This document shows, one piece after another, positions 1 through 10,409 of a stretch of DNA of 64,000 nucleotides (within the stretch, counting starts at the first letter, position 1; each line of letters begins with the position of its first letter). The position numbers and the translations under genes were made by a program. The notes beneath the pieces are model-generated. The model did no database searches, was not told the DNA's origin, and saw nothing but the letters and a program-made list of their open reading frames with translations. This DNA is from an uncultured Lachnospiraceae bacterium (GTDB lineage: Bacteria > Bacillota > Clostridia > Lachnospirales > Lachnospiraceae), in the NCBI GenBank assembly GCA_902779355.1, contig CACZBF010000002.1:9633-73632 (forward strand), read 5' to 3'.

Positions 1-288
1 GATCAGACCGATAAAGAACAGCGTCGTCGGGAACGGAAACTTATTGAAGCAATACTCGATCACCACCGACCCGCCGAAGATCGCGATCAGCATACCGATG
101 ATGATGGGCAGCAAAAAGATGATGTTCTTTTTAAACTCCTTAAAGAAATGGCTGAGACAATGGATCAGCTTGTCATAGATCCCCATCACGACCATCATGG
201 TCCCGCCGCTGACGCCGGGGATCACGTTGGCCAACCCGATCACGATACCTTTCAAAATATCCTTAATAAATGTTCCGACCGCTTTCAT
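1..288 (-). CDS. DUF368-family integral membrane protein (N-terminal part; gene runs off the left edge)
   Basis: ATG at 288-286 (minus). Translation is MKAVGTFIKDILKGIVIGLANVIPGVSGGTMMVVMGIYDKLI..., with the ANVIPGVSGGT signature and hydrophobic helices typical of DUF368 proteins. There is no stop inside the window. Confidence 0.7.
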   Translation of the reverse strand, partial: MKAVGTFIKDILKGIVIGLANVIPGVSGGTMMVVMGIYDKLIHCLSHFFKEFKKNIIFLLPIIIGMLIAIFGGSVVIEYCFNKFPFPTTLFFIGLI

Positions 289-1364
289 AACGCTCCTCTT
301 TCTTCCATATATTCTTTGATCGCATCCAGCAATGTCTGCATCTCCTCCGGCGTTCCGATTGAAATTCGAAGGTACGGGACGATCCGTTCCGGTTTGCTGA
401 AATGACGGACATAAATCTGCTTTTCACGAAGCGCTGTATAAAGCGCCTCACAATCAATCACCGGGTGTGTCACAAACAAAAAATTCGTCACAGAATCCGC
501 AAACACAAATCCCAGATCCCGCAGCTTATCCGCCGTCCACGCCCGGGTTCCGATGATCTTCCTTCTTGTCTCCTCAAAATAAGCGCGATCCGAAACTGCC
601 GCAGTCCCGGCAACGATCGCCGTTGTATTCATCGTGTAAGAGTTGAAGGAGTACTTTACATCGTTTAAATACCGGATCAATGTCTCGCAGGCGAACGCCA
701 TGCCGACCCGCATACCGGCCAGGGATCTGGATTTGGAAAAGGTCTGTGTCACAATCAGGTTGTCGTATTCCCTGATCCAAGGTACCACACTTTCTCCCCC
801 GAAATCAATGTATGCCTCATCCACGATCACGATCGTCTCCCGGTTTCTCTCGATGATCTCCTGCAGCACCGGAAGGTCAAGTGCTGTCCCGGTGGGGGCG
901 TTTGGATTGGCGATCACGATGCCGCCGTTCTCGCAGAAATAGTCTTCCTTTTTTATCAGAAGATTGCTGTCGAGCGGCTTCGTCTCATAAGGGATCCGCA
1001 GCATCTCCGCCCAGACATCGTAAAAGGAATACGTGATGTCCGGAAACAGGATCGGCCGGTCGCCGTTGAAGAATGTCAGAAACAGCATCGCCAGCACATC
1101 ATCCGACCCCACGCCAACGAAGACCTCTTCTTTTTTCAGATGCATCTCCTCCGCGATCGCGGAAAGCAATGGCTCCCCGGCAGGATCGGGATAACGCCGC
1201 AAAAGATCCGCGTCCAATTCCTGCAGCACTTTCCTGACGCCCGGTGCCGGCGGATAGGGATTCTCATTTGTATTCAGTTTGATGATCTTTGCTTCCTTCG
1301 GCTGCTCTCCCGGTGTGTAGGGAGTGACGCGCCGAATGTGTTGTTCGAAGTATCTCATCGACAT
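285..1364 (-). CDS. hisC: histidinol-phosphate aminotransferase
   Basis: Internal start MSMRYFEQHIRRVTPYTPGEQ in ORF 285..1637. Contains the LNTNENPYPP motif and the PLP-lysine context TQTFSKSRSLAGMRVG. The longer N-terminal extension overlaps the upstream gene and is R/G/C-rich junk. Confidence 0.9.
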   Translation of the reverse strand: MSMRYFEQHIRRVTPYTPGEQPKEAKIIKLNTNENPYPPAPGVRKVLQELDADLLRRYPDPAGEPLLSAIAEEMHLKKEEVFVGVGSDDVLAMLFLTFFNGDRPILFPDITYSFYDVWAEMLRIPYETKPLDSNLLIKKEDYFCENGGIVIANPNAPTGTALDLPVLQEIIERNRETIVIVDEAYIDFGGESVVPWIREYDNLIVTQTFSKSRSLAGMRVGMAFACETLIRYLNDVKYSFNSYTMNTTAIVAGTAAVSDRAYFEETRRKIIGTRAWTADKLRDLGFVFADSVTNFLFVTHPVIDCEALYTALREKQIYVRHFSKPERIVPYLRISIGTPEEMQTLLDAIKEYMEERGAL

Positions 1365-2569
1365 GTTTCCTTTGCAAGTGCTTGGAACGACGGCAGCGAG
1401 CGCTCGATCATTTCCGGCGAAACACAGTATGCGATCCGCACATATCCCGTGCAGCCGAATGCGCTTCCTTTCACAAGCAGAAGCCGCTCTGCTTTGGCCC
1501 GATCCACAAACGCCTGCTCCGCTTCCGCTGACACCGTCTGTTCTTCCGGTGCGCCCGGTACTTTCATCCAAAGGTAAAATGCGCCCTCCGGCTTCACACA
1601 GGTAAATCCATACAACGTCAGGCTTTCCAGGAGGCATTTCCGGTTATGGTCATAAAACGCCAACTCTGTCTTTTCGGACAGACACTGTGCAACTGCTTTC
1701 TGCATGAGCGATGGTGCATTCACAAATCCAAGCACACGATTGCTCTGTGTCAGCCCTTCCAGAAGGCGTTCCCCGTCTTCGATCTCCGGCGACACCGCAA
1801 GATACCCGATCCGCTCTCCGGGGAGCGATAAGGACTTGCTGAACGAATAACAGACGATCGTATCCTTATAATTCTTTGCGGGAAAAGTCTGTGCCGCTCC
1901 GTCATAAACCAGTTCCCGGTAAGGCTCGTCCGAGAGCAGGCAGATCGCATGTCCGACCCGCTTCTCCGCTTCCGTCAAAATCTCCCCGAGCCGCGTCAGC
2001 GTCTCTTCCGAATACACAACACCCGTAGGGTTATTCGGCGTATTGATAATGACTGCCTTCGTCTTAGGCGTGATCTTTTCTTTCAGCACCGACAGATTCG
2101 GCTGAAAGGTCAAAAGATCCGGTGCGACTTCTATAAGCGCGCCATCCCAGTTTGCCACGTAGTTTTTGTATTCTCCGAAATACGGTGCAAACACGATCAC
2201 TTCATCGCCGGGGTCTAGGATCGTCTTCAACGCAACATTGAGTCCGCCTGCTGCGCCGACTGTCATCACGATATGTGCCCAGTCATATGATGTCTTGAAG
2301 CGACGGTTTAAATCCGCTGCGATCGTCTCCCGCACATCCGGGAAGCCGGCATTGTTCATATAGCCGTGCAGCTCCAACGGGTCCGTCTCTTTCACGAGGT
2401 CCGCAATCACGCCCTTCAGCTTTTCCGGTGCCGGGACTGCGGGATTGCCAAGACTGTAATCATAGACATTTTCCGCGCCGTAGCGCTCCGCCATCGCCTT
2501 GCCTTCCGTAAACATCGCACGGATCGCCGATCCTTTTTGGATGCTTTCCTCGGTTTTTTTCGAGATCAT
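1355..2569 (-). CDS. class I/II PLP-dependent aminotransferase (aspartate/alanine aminotransferase-like)
   Basis: Start MISKKTEESIQKGSAIRAMF is preceded by GGAGG. Motifs NTPNNPTG and YSFSKSLSLPGERIGY (PLP lysine). The ATGA overlap with the upstream stop suggests translational coupling. Confidence 0.85.
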   Translation of the reverse strand: MISKKTEESIQKGSAIRAMFTEGKAMAERYGAENVYDYSLGNPAVPAPEKLKGVIADLVKETDPLELHGYMNNAGFPDVRETIAADLNRRFKTSYDWAHIVMTVGAAGGLNVALKTILDPGDEVIVFAPYFGEYKNYVANWDGALIEVAPDLLTFQPNLSVLKEKITPKTKAVIINTPNNPTGVVYSEETLTRLGEILTEAEKRVGHAICLLSDEPYRELVYDGAAQTFPAKNYKDTIVCYSFSKSLSLPGERIGYLAVSPEIEDGERLLEGLTQSNRVLGFVNAPSLMQKAVAQCLSEKTELAFYDHNRKCLLESLTLYGFTCVKPEGAFYLWMKVPGAPEEQTVSAEAEQAFVDRAKAERLLLVKGSAFGCTGYVRIAYCVSPEMIERSLPSFQALAKETCR

Positions 2570-3240
2570 TTGCGGCCTCCGTTTTCCTTCAGTGCGGCTT
2601 CGTCTTCTTCCAGTTTTTTCAGATCCTCCGGCGTCATGTACTTCCGGAAGATCCTCTCCAGGATGATGGAAAAGATCCATCCGAAACTCGCCGGCAGGAC
2701 AAAGATCAATGCGGGCAGGACATAACGGATCAGGATAGCGGCAAGGATCACCATTCCGATCATCAATGCAGACCAGGGAAGATTTGTCACGGAAAGGATC
2801 GCTGCATTTTTCAGCACGTGTTTCCAATCCAGTTCGAAGCGTGAGATATACGCGAAAATATAAACTGCCCAGATCGTTTCATAGATCATCAAAAACGTGA
2901 AGATGACATGGAACGCACCGAACGGCGAACCCTGCGGAACGAAATACGTCAGCAGGATATACCGGTCCAGATAGAAGACCACGTACAGCGCCAAAAGCAG
3001 CATCCAGATACCGGTTGCCTGCTTGAAATTCAGTTTGAACGCGGCCCAGAAATTCTTGATCACGTAGCCTCTTTCCTGCCGGATCACCTGTCGGATCACT
3101 GTGAAAAGCGCAGTTGTGGAGGCGCCGATCGTAAACACCGGAATACAGAACACAAGCCACAAAAAACTTGTCACCACGATATCAACGATCTTGTTCATCA
3201 CCGTTGTAAACTTACTGTCATAACTGAAAAAACCGGACAT
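2566..3240 (-). CDS. YesL-family (DUF624) multi-pass membrane protein
   Basis: 224 aa, SD AGGAGGGAAT before the ATG, about 6 hydrophobic helices. The N-terminus MSGFFSYDSKFTTVMNKIVDIV is typical of YesL/DUF624 proteins found next to sugar ABC loci. Confidence 0.65.
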   Translation of the reverse strand: MSGFFSYDSKFTTVMNKIVDIVVTSFLWLVFCIPVFTIGASTTALFTVIRQVIRQERGYVIKNFWAAFKLNFKQATGIWMLLLALYVVFYLDRYILLTYFVPQGSPFGAFHVIFTFLMIYETIWAVYIFAYISRFELDWKHVLKNAAILSVTNLPWSALMIGMVILAAILIRYVLPALIFVLPASFGWIFSIILERIFRKYMTPEDLKKLEEDEAALKENGGRK

Positions 3241-3329
3241 ATTCCCTCCTGTCAGGTCCGTTGACGTACCTCTAAATCATACACCACCTCAACATCTTTT
3301 GGAAGCACAACTTTGAATCGCATAAGACA

Positions 3330-3351
3330 ACCGGAGGATCGCTCCTCCGGT
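3330..3351 (-). terminator. hairpin downstream of abfA (ACCGGAGGA-N4-TCCTCCGGT)
   Basis: Perfect 9-bp GC-rich inverted repeat 50 nt after the abfA stop. The U-tract is weak (TGTCTTAT). Confidence 0.45.
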
Positions 3352-3399
3352 CTCTTCTGTGCCATATACCCTTGTAAAACCAACAAAGGAGCACCAGCT

Positions 3400-4905
3400 T
3401 TATTTTACCCGGATCATCACAACGCTTGCCTTCGGGATCGAAAGAACGATCTGCTTCCCATCGGCGCGATATCCGGCAAAAGCTTCTTCTTTCACGGTGT
3501 CCGGTACCTCGAAGGTATTCTTGTCATGGACATCTCCGCTCGTCAGGATGCTCGCTTCCACGACCTCATAGGTCTTGTTTTCCGCAAACTGTACGGTCAG
3601 CTCTTTCTCATCCGTCACGGAAAGGTTATTGACCGTGATGGTGATGATACCGTCTTTTTCGGAAACGGACTCCGTCAGGTCCGGTACCGTCCATTCCTCC
3701 ATGCCGATCTCCTGCGCACCCGTAATGGAACTTTGAAGCAGGTCGGCTCCCTGGTGATGACGGAACATGTGGAAGGCGTGCCACGTCGGCGTCTTTACCA
3801 TCCGTGCACCATCCGTCAGGATCACGGACTGAAGGACATTCACCATCTGTGCAATGCAGGCCATCTTGACACGATCGCAATGCTTGTTGAAGATGTTCAG
3901 CGTGATCCCTGCCACGAGCGCATCACGTACCGTGCTCTGCTGATACAGGAATCCCGGATTCGTGCCCGGCTCCACCGTGAACCAGGTGCCCCACTCATCT
4001 ACGGAAAGACCGATCTTCTTTTCGGGATCGAACTGATCGATGATCGCGCTGTGGCGGCTCACCAGTTCTTCCATATGATAAGCCTTGTTCAGCGTCTTGT
4101 ACCACGCAAGGTCATCATAGTCCGTCGCACTTCCTTTGATCTCCCAGCCCTCCGGATGCACATAATAATGGAGGGAAATATAATCCATGAACCCGTGGAA
4201 CTGTTCCGGCACATGGTCGAAGCAGGTGCGCAGTACGCCCTCCGTCCAATGATAATCATCCACGTTGGCGCCGCATGCCACTTTTTTCACCGGACGTTTC
4301 TCATCATACTGACGGATATAGGTCTGATACCGGCGATATTCGTTCCCGTAAAACTCCGGCGTCATGTTACCGCCGCATCCCCAGTTCTCATTGCCGACGC
4401 CAAAGTAGTCCACGTTCCACGGCTCCTCATGGCCGTTTTCTTTGCGCAGATCTGCCATCGGAGACACGCCTTTGAAGGTCATGTATTCCACCCACTCCGA
4501 CATTTCCTGTACGGTACCGCTTCCCATGTTTCCGTTGATATAAGTTTTGCAGCCGATCTGACGGCAGAGCTCCATGAACTCATGGGTTCCGAAGCTATTG
4601 TCCTCGGTCACCCCGCCCCAATGGGTGTTGATCATCTTTTTGCGTTTGCTCTTGTCCCCGATACCGTCTTTCCAATGGTACTCATCCGCAAAGCATCCGC
4701 CCGGCCAGCGCAGGACCGGTACCTTGATCTCCTTCAATGCATTGACCACGTCGGTACGCATACCGTTCACGTTCGGGATATCGGAGTTTTCTCCCACATA
4801 GAGTCCCTCATAGATGCATCGTCCCAGGTGCTCAGAAAAATGACCGTAGATCTCCGGCTCGATCCTTCCGCATTTCTTGTTTTCATTGATGACTAATTTT
4901 GCCAC
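3400..4905 (-). CDS. abfA: alpha-L-arabinofuranosidase, GH51
   Basis: GTG start at 4905, 6 nt after AAAGGAGGG. Sequence [37 protein letters not shown]...[15 protein letters not shown]...[11 protein letters not shown] is the classic GH51 AbfA pattern. Confidence 0.9.
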   Translation of the reverse strand: MAKLVINENKKCGRIEPEIYGHFSEHLGRCIYEGLYVGENSDIPNVNGMRTDVVNALKEIKVPVLRWPGGCFADEYHWKDGIGDKSKRKKMINTHWGGVTEDNSFGTHEFMELCRQIGCKTYINGNMGSGTVQEMSEWVEYMTFKGVSPMADLRKENGHEEPWNVDYFGVGNENWGCGGNMTPEFYGNEYRRYQTYIRQYDEKRPVKKVACGANVDDYHWTEGVLRTCFDHVPEQFHGFMDYISLHYYVHPEGWEIKGSATDYDDLAWYKTLNKAYHMEELVSRHSAIIDQFDPEKKIGLSVDEWGTWFTVEPGTNPGFLYQQSTVRDALVAGITLNIFNKHCDRVKMACIAQMVNVLQSVILTDGARMVKTPTWHAFHMFRHHQGADLLQSSITGAQEIGMEEWTVPDLTESVSEKDGIITITVNNLSVTDEKELTVQFAENKTYEVVEASILTSGDVHDKNTFEVPDTVKEEAFAGYRADGKQIVLSIPKASVVMIRVK

Positions 4906-4919
4906 GATTTTCCCTCCTT

Positions 4920-6467
4920 TTACTCCTTCATGATATACTTTACGCCCCATAGGGACTGGTTGTTCTCTCCGATCCCGGAAAAGCAGAATGTGTTGTTCCC
5001 GGCTTCATCGATCATCTCGATCAACACCCCGTGATAGGTCACGCCGTCCACCGTGATATCCGCATAATTCGTGCCTTCCTTCACCTCATAGGTCCCGGCC
5101 AGGTCTCCCGTGATCTGCCCGTCCGCAAAACTGCATTTGACTGCCTCATTCACCTTTGCATCCACCGCCAGTCCATGATTCAGGAGGTACACCGTCCCGT
5201 CGAGATCATGCTTTTGGTATCCTTTTTCGGAAAGGGTCTCCCCGTTTGTGGCAAAGGGAAAAATGCAGGGCCATCCCTCTTCATTCACCGCCATCTGATG
5301 GACTCTCGGTTCATGATATTCATCCATCTTTTTGAAGCGCTGGTGATAGATGATAAACAGCTTCCCGTCCGATTCAAAAGTGGACTGGCCGCCCGGTGCC
5401 ATATAGGTTTGTGCCAGAGACGGAAGGGTGTAATTGCCCATCAGCTTCGTCCCGTATTTTTCAAAATGGTCGAGGTCATCGTCAATCCCCAGGGTATGTC
5501 CGGAAGCATCCACATAGGTGCCGTCCGGCTTGTCGCTTCGGAATACCCGGATCTGATAGCCGCCCATCTGCTGGAGATTGCCATAGGACAGGAACAGATA
5601 GTAGTAACCGGACTTTTCGTCGTACTGGATATAAGGGCCTTCAATGGGATGGTGAAATCCTCCCACCAGCCTTTTCCCGTAGTAATGATCCACCCCGTTC
5701 GCGTCATCCGTCTCCGGGTGGATGGGCTCATTCGTTTCCGGATCCAGTTCCAGCAAAAAGATACCGCCGGACCAGGAGCCGTATACCATCCACATCCGTC
5801 CGTCGGCGTCATAAAACATCGCCGGATCGATCGCATTCGGATAATACTGATTGTTAAATCCCGCCACCGTGATATAACGTTCGCGCAGTTTCTTATCCTC
5901 TCCGTTGATCTCATAATAATTGGTCTTGGTGGCATTCGGCTTCGTAAAACCGGAATAGATCACCGTCCCCTGATAATGATAAGGTCCGTCAATGGTTTTG
6001 CTTGTTGCATAGCAAAGATCCGACATGATATAGGAACTCGTGGTGCAAAAATACATCAGGTATTCTCCGGTGGTCCTGTTATAGATCACACTTGGCGCCC
6101 ACACCGAGTACCACTTGTCGGAATTCTTTCCCACAAAGGAAAAAGCATCAAAAGGTTCCTCGATCAGATTGTCATAGATCGGGTTCTTTGCATCCACACC
6201 GTCTGCCCACATTTTGAAGGTCCGAAGATCCTCTGTGGTCGCCGCCGTCATATGGGTCCCGTAGCAATAATAGGTGTGATCGTCTCCCTCGATGAGAAAG
6301 GGATCATGGAGAGACGCTCCCGCGCTGAAAGCGCCCTTCTCAATCTCCTCCTCCGGAAGTTCTTTGGGCAGAGACGATCCTGCTGCACCGCATCCTGCCA
6401 GTAATACAGCCGCCCCGGTCACCATTGCCATGATCTTTCCCATCCTTTTTCCGGTCTTTTCTCTCAT
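4920..6467 (-). CDS. GH43 endo-1,5-alpha-L-arabinanase-like lipoprotein
   Basis: Signal/lipobox [12 protein letters not shown]43 blocks [53 protein letters not shown]...YYLFLSYG. The start (6467 versus a later ATG) is uncertain. Confidence 0.8.
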   Translation of the reverse strand: MREKTGKRMGKIMAMVTGAAVLLAGCGAAGSSLPKELPEEEIEKGAFSAGASLHDPFLIEGDDHTYYCYGTHMTAATTEDLRTFKMWADGVDAKNPIYDNLIEEPFDAFSFVGKNSDKWYSVWAPSVIYNRTTGEYLMYFCTTSSYIMSDLCYATSKTIDGPYHYQGTVIYSGFTKPNATKTNYYEINGEDKKLRERYITVAGFNNQYYPNAIDPAMFYDADGRMWMVYGSWSGGIFLLELDPETNEPIHPETDDANGVDHYYGKRLVGGFHHPIEGPYIQYDEKSGYYYLFLSYGNLQQMGGYQIRVFRSDKPDGTYVDASGHTLGIDDDLDHFEKYGTKLMGNYTLPSLAQTYMAPGGQSTFESDGKLFIIYHQRFKKMDEYHEPRVHQMAVNEEGWPCIFPFATNGETLSEKGYQKHDLDGTVYLLNHGLAVDAKVNEAVKCSFADGQITGDLAGTYEVKEGTNYADITVDGVTYHGVLIEMIDEAGNNTFCFSGIGENNQSLWGVKYIMKE

Positions 6468-6505
6468 CCTCTTGCTTCCTTGTATCCGCGTGTCTTCGCG
6501 GCTCT

Positions 6506-8437
6506 TTATATTTCCCGCATCCATACCTGCATTTCTCCTGTTTCCCGATTTCCCCAGTAGCAGTATGGTATCATCCTGACAACCGTTTCCTCCCGCTCCG
6601 GTCTTACGATCCTGTAAAGCCCGTCTGAGGGATCCCCGCGGAGAAGTTTCTTTCCCTTCAGTGTAACAACGGTGGTTCCGCCCAGCAATTCCTTTTCAAA
6701 AATCTCCCGGGGTGCAACCGCGGTATCGATGGAGATCGCGTTCAGATTTTTCCCGTTGTCCGTCTCCTCAGCAGCATAGACAAGCGGTCCTTTTTTCACC
6801 GCGACCTTCCCTGCGTCTGCGCGTACCTCCGGATCTGCATAGACAAAATGCGCGTCCATCCCAAAGGTCAGCTCCACCGTCTCTTTCTTTTTTGAGACCG
6901 GGATCCTGATGTAGCCCTTTTGCAGCGGGGCGTCAAGGATTTTTGCATTGCACAGCACCTTCGGATCCTTTGCATAGGACGGGATCCGCAGAAAGATCGA
7001 CCCTGTCGATCCATCCGGATTATCAACCATGATCTTTGTCCGCCCCTGAAAAGGCATCCCGGTCTCCACCGTGATCGTGACCGGTTTCCCGTCGAACTGT
7101 GCCTTTATTTCACACCCCACATGAAGATTCAGGTAAAGCGCATCCTCTCCCGTAAAGCAGACATATTCGCCGAGAGACGCCAGCGTCCTCGCAATATTCG
7201 GCGGACAGCATGCACAGCCAAACCACTTTTGCCTCACACTCTTCACATGGGCGACGGAAGTATGGTCCATACAAAACGCCGGCACCACGGAAAGAGGATT
7301 CACATAGAAAAAGCTCTTTCCGTCCATCGCAACGCCGGCCAAAACCGTGTTGTAAAGCGCCGTCTCCATCGTCTCGATATAGGAGGCATCATGGGTGATC
7401 TGCGCCATCCTGCGGCAGAAAAAAGCCAGCCCGATGGACGCGCAGGATTCCGAATAATTCCTATCGTTCGGAAGATCGTAGTCCGTGGTGAACCGTTCAT
7501 AGATGCCGCTGGATCCGATACCGCCGGTGACATACATCTGTTTTTCCACGATGTTCCGGTAAAGGGTCTCGCAGGATCTCAGCAGCTCTTCATCATGATA
7601 CTCATAAGCAAGATCTGCCATGGCCGCATACATATAAACGGCGCGGACGGCATGTCCTCTTGCGGTCTTCTGCGTTCTTACCGGTTCATCACATTGGGAG
7701 TATGCAGGAAAAAAAGGATCCGGATTGTGAAACACATCCGTCCAGTTTTCCTTTTCATGCTCATGTACAAGATAGTTGGGTTCGGTTCCTCTCCGGTCGA
7801 TGAATTCCTTCGCCATGTCCAGATATTTTCTTTTCCCGGTGGCGTGATACAGTTTGATCAGTCCGATCTCGATCTCCTGATGACCCGGAACCGCATTTTG
7901 ATATGCTTTTTTATGGAACGTCTCGCAGATCAGATCCGCGTTCTTTTCCATGATCTTCAACAGTCTGTCCTTGCCGGTCACTTCATAATAAGCAACGGCA
8001 GCTTCCATAAAATGTCCCGCGGTATAAAGCTCATGGCCCTCCCGCAGATTCGTAAATTTCCCCTCAGGCTCTTTGATGATGAAATACGTGTCCAGGTAGC
8101 CGTCGGGGCGCTGCGCCCGGGCGATCAGATCGATCGCCCCGTCAGCGGTCTGCTCCAATGTTTCATTTTTTTCATAGGAAAGTGAATAAGCGACTGCCTC
8201 CAGCCATTTTGCCAGATCCGTATCCTGAAACACGAATCCGTAGAATTCCCCCTCTCTTTCGCCTGCCGCTATCCTGAAATTTTCGATGCAGTGGCTGGGT
8301 TCAGCGGTAGGTTCCCTGTCATTCAGTACCGCCCACTGATAGGGAATGATCTCTTTTGTGACCAGAGAAGTGTATTTGTTAAAAAAACCGTCGTCGATAC
8401 GGATATCGTTCAGGTTGATGGTTTCGAGTTTTCGCAT
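6506..8437 (-). CDS. GH127 beta-L-arabinofuranosidase (DUF1680 / HypBA1-like)
   Basis: Start MRKLETINLNDIRIDDGFF with GAGGAA upstream. Long (alpha/alpha)6-type N-terminal region, and the Cys-rich segment QKWFGCACCPPNIARTLASLG characteristic of GH127. Confidence 0.85.
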   Translation of the reverse strand: MRKLETINLNDIRIDDGFFNKYTSLVTKEIIPYQWAVLNDREPTAEPSHCIENFRIAAGEREGEFYGFVFQDTDLAKWLEAVAYSLSYEKNETLEQTADGAIDLIARAQRPDGYLDTYFIIKEPEGKFTNLREGHELYTAGHFMEAAVAYYEVTGKDRLLKIMEKNADLICETFHKKAYQNAVPGHQEIEIGLIKLYHATGKRKYLDMAKEFIDRRGTEPNYLVHEHEKENWTDVFHNPDPFFPAYSQCDEPVRTQKTARGHAVRAVYMYAAMADLAYEYHDEELLRSCETLYRNIVEKQMYVTGGIGSSGIYERFTTDYDLPNDRNYSESCASIGLAFFCRRMAQITHDASYIETMETALYNTVLAGVAMDGKSFFYVNPLSVVPAFCMDHTSVAHVKSVRQKWFGCACCPPNIARTLASLGEYVCFTGEDALYLNLHVGCEIKAQFDGKPVTITVETGMPFQGRTKIMVDNPDGSTGSIFLRIPSYAKDPKVLCNAKILDAPLQKGYIRIPVSKKKETVELTFGMDAHFVYADPEVRADAGKVAVKKGPLVYAAEETDNGKNLNAISIDTAVAPREIFEKELLGGTTVVTLKGKKLLRGDPSDGLYRIVRPEREETVVRMIPYCYWGNRETGEMQVWMREI

Positions 8438-8480
8438 GGATCCATTCCTCGATTCATAAGGAAACGCTGATGAAAGCGCC

Positions 8481-9434
8481 TTACTCCTGATAAGAAAAAA
8501 CGGGTCTTTGTTCCGCATCCCACCTAATCTTCATCAGCTGGGTATGCCGGTTCGGATTGTAGAGCGGGTCTCCCTCGATCTTCGGTTCCGTCCTGGCATG
8601 GTACACGAGGATGTCATTGCCCTCCTCATCCACCGTGAAAGAATTGTGCCCCGGCCCGTAGATCCCCAGAGATGCATCCGTTGCCAGCACCGGGTGGCGT
8701 TCCTTTTTCCAGGAGCGGGGATCCAGAAGATCGCTGTCTTCGGATGCCGTCAGCATCCCCATGCAGTAGGCAGCTCCGGTTTCGCTGGCGGAATAGGTTA
8801 GGAAAAGATCGCCGCCGTGTTTGATGACGGCCGGACCTTCATTCACCCAGAAGCCGATCCGCTCCCAGTCATAATCCGGCGTGGTCAGGAGGACCTGTAC
8901 GGTTTTCAGCTTGTGCGGATTTTCCATTTCGGCGATATAGAGATTGCTGATCTGCTTTCCGACGCCGACTTTCTCCGCCCAGACATAGTAATGCTCTCCA
9001 TGATTTTCGAACACGGTCCCGTCCAGGGAAAATGCCTCAAAGGAAAACTCATCCGCATCTGCCCTTTCCATTTTTCCAAGCTCTTTCCATGTACCCGTCA
9101 CCGGATCCGCATCCGCACATTCCAGCACGTACGGACGCAGCGCCCAGATGTCATCCTTGCTGCTTCCCGCAAAATAAATGTACCAGTGTCCGTCCAGATA
9201 ATGCAGCTCCGGTGCCCAGATGTGCTGACTCATGGGACCGGATTCATGGCAATGCCAGATCTCGACCTCCTCCGCATCCGGAAGCCCGGCGAGATGCGAG
9301 GCTCTCCGCAGTACGATCCTGTCATACGCCGGCACGGACGCCGTAAAATAATAGCTGCCGTCTGTGTGCCGGTAAATATAAGGGTCTGCCCGCTGCATGA
9401 TCCATGGTTTATTGTAGGTAAGTGCAACACTCAT
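8481..9434 (-). CDS. GH43 alpha-L-arabinofuranosidase / exo-arabinanase (intracellular, no signal peptide)
   Basis: MSVALTYNKPWIMQRADPYIYRHTDGSYYFTASV..., WAPELHYLDGHWYIYFA, NEGPAVIKHGGDLFLTYSAS; single five-bladed propeller length (317 aa). Confidence 0.85.
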   Translation of the reverse strand: MSVALTYNKPWIMQRADPYIYRHTDGSYYFTASVPAYDRIVLRRASHLAGLPDAEEVEIWHCHESGPMSQHIWAPELHYLDGHWYIYFAGSSKDDIWALRPYVLECADADPVTGTWKELGKMERADADEFSFEAFSLDGTVFENHGEHYYVWAEKVGVGKQISNLYIAEMENPHKLKTVQVLLTTPDYDWERIGFWVNEGPAVIKHGGDLFLTYSASETGAAYCMGMLTASEDSDLLDPRSWKKERHPVLATDASLGIYGPGHNSFTVDEEGNDILVYHARTEPKIEGDPLYNPNRHTQLMKIRWDAEQRPVFSYQE

Positions 9435-9505
9435 TTTTATCTGTCTCCTGTCAGACACATCAGTTCCCTTTCGTACTTCGTACTCAGCTCGCTGTGTATC
9501 CTTCC

Positions 9506-10408
9506 TTAACCTTTCACGGCGCCTGCGGTCATACCATCGATCAGGTATTTCTGGAAGATCAGAAAGACAACCAGTACCGGAAGGATGGAAAACATCGAGC
9601 CCGCGATCAATACATCGTAGTTATTTCCATAGGGTGTCAGCAGCGTATTCAGTCCGATGGGAAGCGTGAACTTATCCGCGGAACGATAGACCAGCATCGG
9701 CCAAAGAAGATTGTTCCATGCGCCCATGGCACACAGGATCGCCATGGAGGCAAAGGCCGGCTTCGTGATCGGCATCATGATCTGCACGCAGATCCGGTAC
9801 TCGTTGGCACCGTCGATACGCCCTGCATCCAGGAGTTCTTTCGGCAGGCCCTGCATGTATTGTCGGAAGAAAAAGATCGTACCGGCGGCGCATAGCCCGG
9901 GCAGGATCACACCCCAGGTTGTATCGATGAGGTTCAAGGTGATGACCTCCTGATACAGAGGAAGCATCAGGATCTCAAAGGGCACCATCATGGTGGCGAT
10001 CACCAGGAAAAACAGGAGATTCTTTAATTTGAAATCATACATGGACAGCCCGTATGCCACAAAGAAGCACACAAAGAGCGTCCCGACCACGGTGATCAAT
10101 GTCAGGAGTACACTGTTCTTAAACCACATAAAGTATTTCGAGGAATCCTGTTTCCCGCCGTTCCCGCCAAAAATATAAATATAGTTGTCCAGGGTCATGG
10201 TCGAAAAATCCAGGTCGATGGAAAGGCCTTTCCGGATCAGTTCACGTCCGGGACGGAAAGATGCCAGAAGTCCCGCAAACAACGGAAATGCGATCAGTGC
10301 AGCGAGACCGCCAAAAAAGACCGTTGCCAGGATGGAAAGTACGGTGTGTTTCGTCCCGCCGATGGTATTGGACACACGTCTCTTTTTTACGGTTTGTGTT
10401 TTTGCCAT
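9506..10408 (-). CDS. carbohydrate ABC transporter permease (MalG/AraQ-like)
   Basis: ATG at 10408 lies 7 nt after AAGGAGGAG. Six TM helices and an EAA-loop-like DAGRIDGANEYRICVQIMMP. Confidence 0.9.
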   Translation of the reverse strand: MAKTQTVKKRRVSNTIGGTKHTVLSILATVFFGGLAALIAFPLFAGLLASFRPGRELIRKGLSIDLDFSTMTLDNYIYIFGGNGGKQDSSKYFMWFKNSVLLTLITVVGTLFVCFFVAYGLSMYDFKLKNLLFFLVIATMMVPFEILMLPLYQEVITLNLIDTTWGVILPGLCAAGTIFFFRQYMQGLPKELLDAGRIDGANEYRICVQIMMPITKPAFASMAILCAMGAWNNLLWPMLVYRSADKFTLPIGLNTLLTPYGNNYDVLIAGSMFSILPVLVVFLIFQKYLIDGMTAGAVKG

Positions 10409-10409
10409 C

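Noticed and set aside
285-2827. N-terminal extensions of ORFs 285-1637 and 1355-2827 (about 90 extra residues each)
   Set aside because: The extensions overlap the upstream gene and are R/G/C/P-rich. Internal ATGs with an SD and family-typical N-termini (MSMRYFEQ..., MISKKTEE...) are the better starts.
3313-4896. Long plus-strand ORFs antisense to recognised genes (3313-4896, 5031-6404, 6920-8185, 11397-12392, 19844-21855, 21978-23282, 31318-32469, 38526-39578, 46167-47579, 55897-57261, 58730-59770, 60558-61679; also minus-strand 14362-15327)
   Set aside because: Each lies opposite a gene with clear family motifs. Their translations are R/H/C/P-rich with no motifs, which is typical of stop-poor antisense frames in ~50-55% GC DNA.
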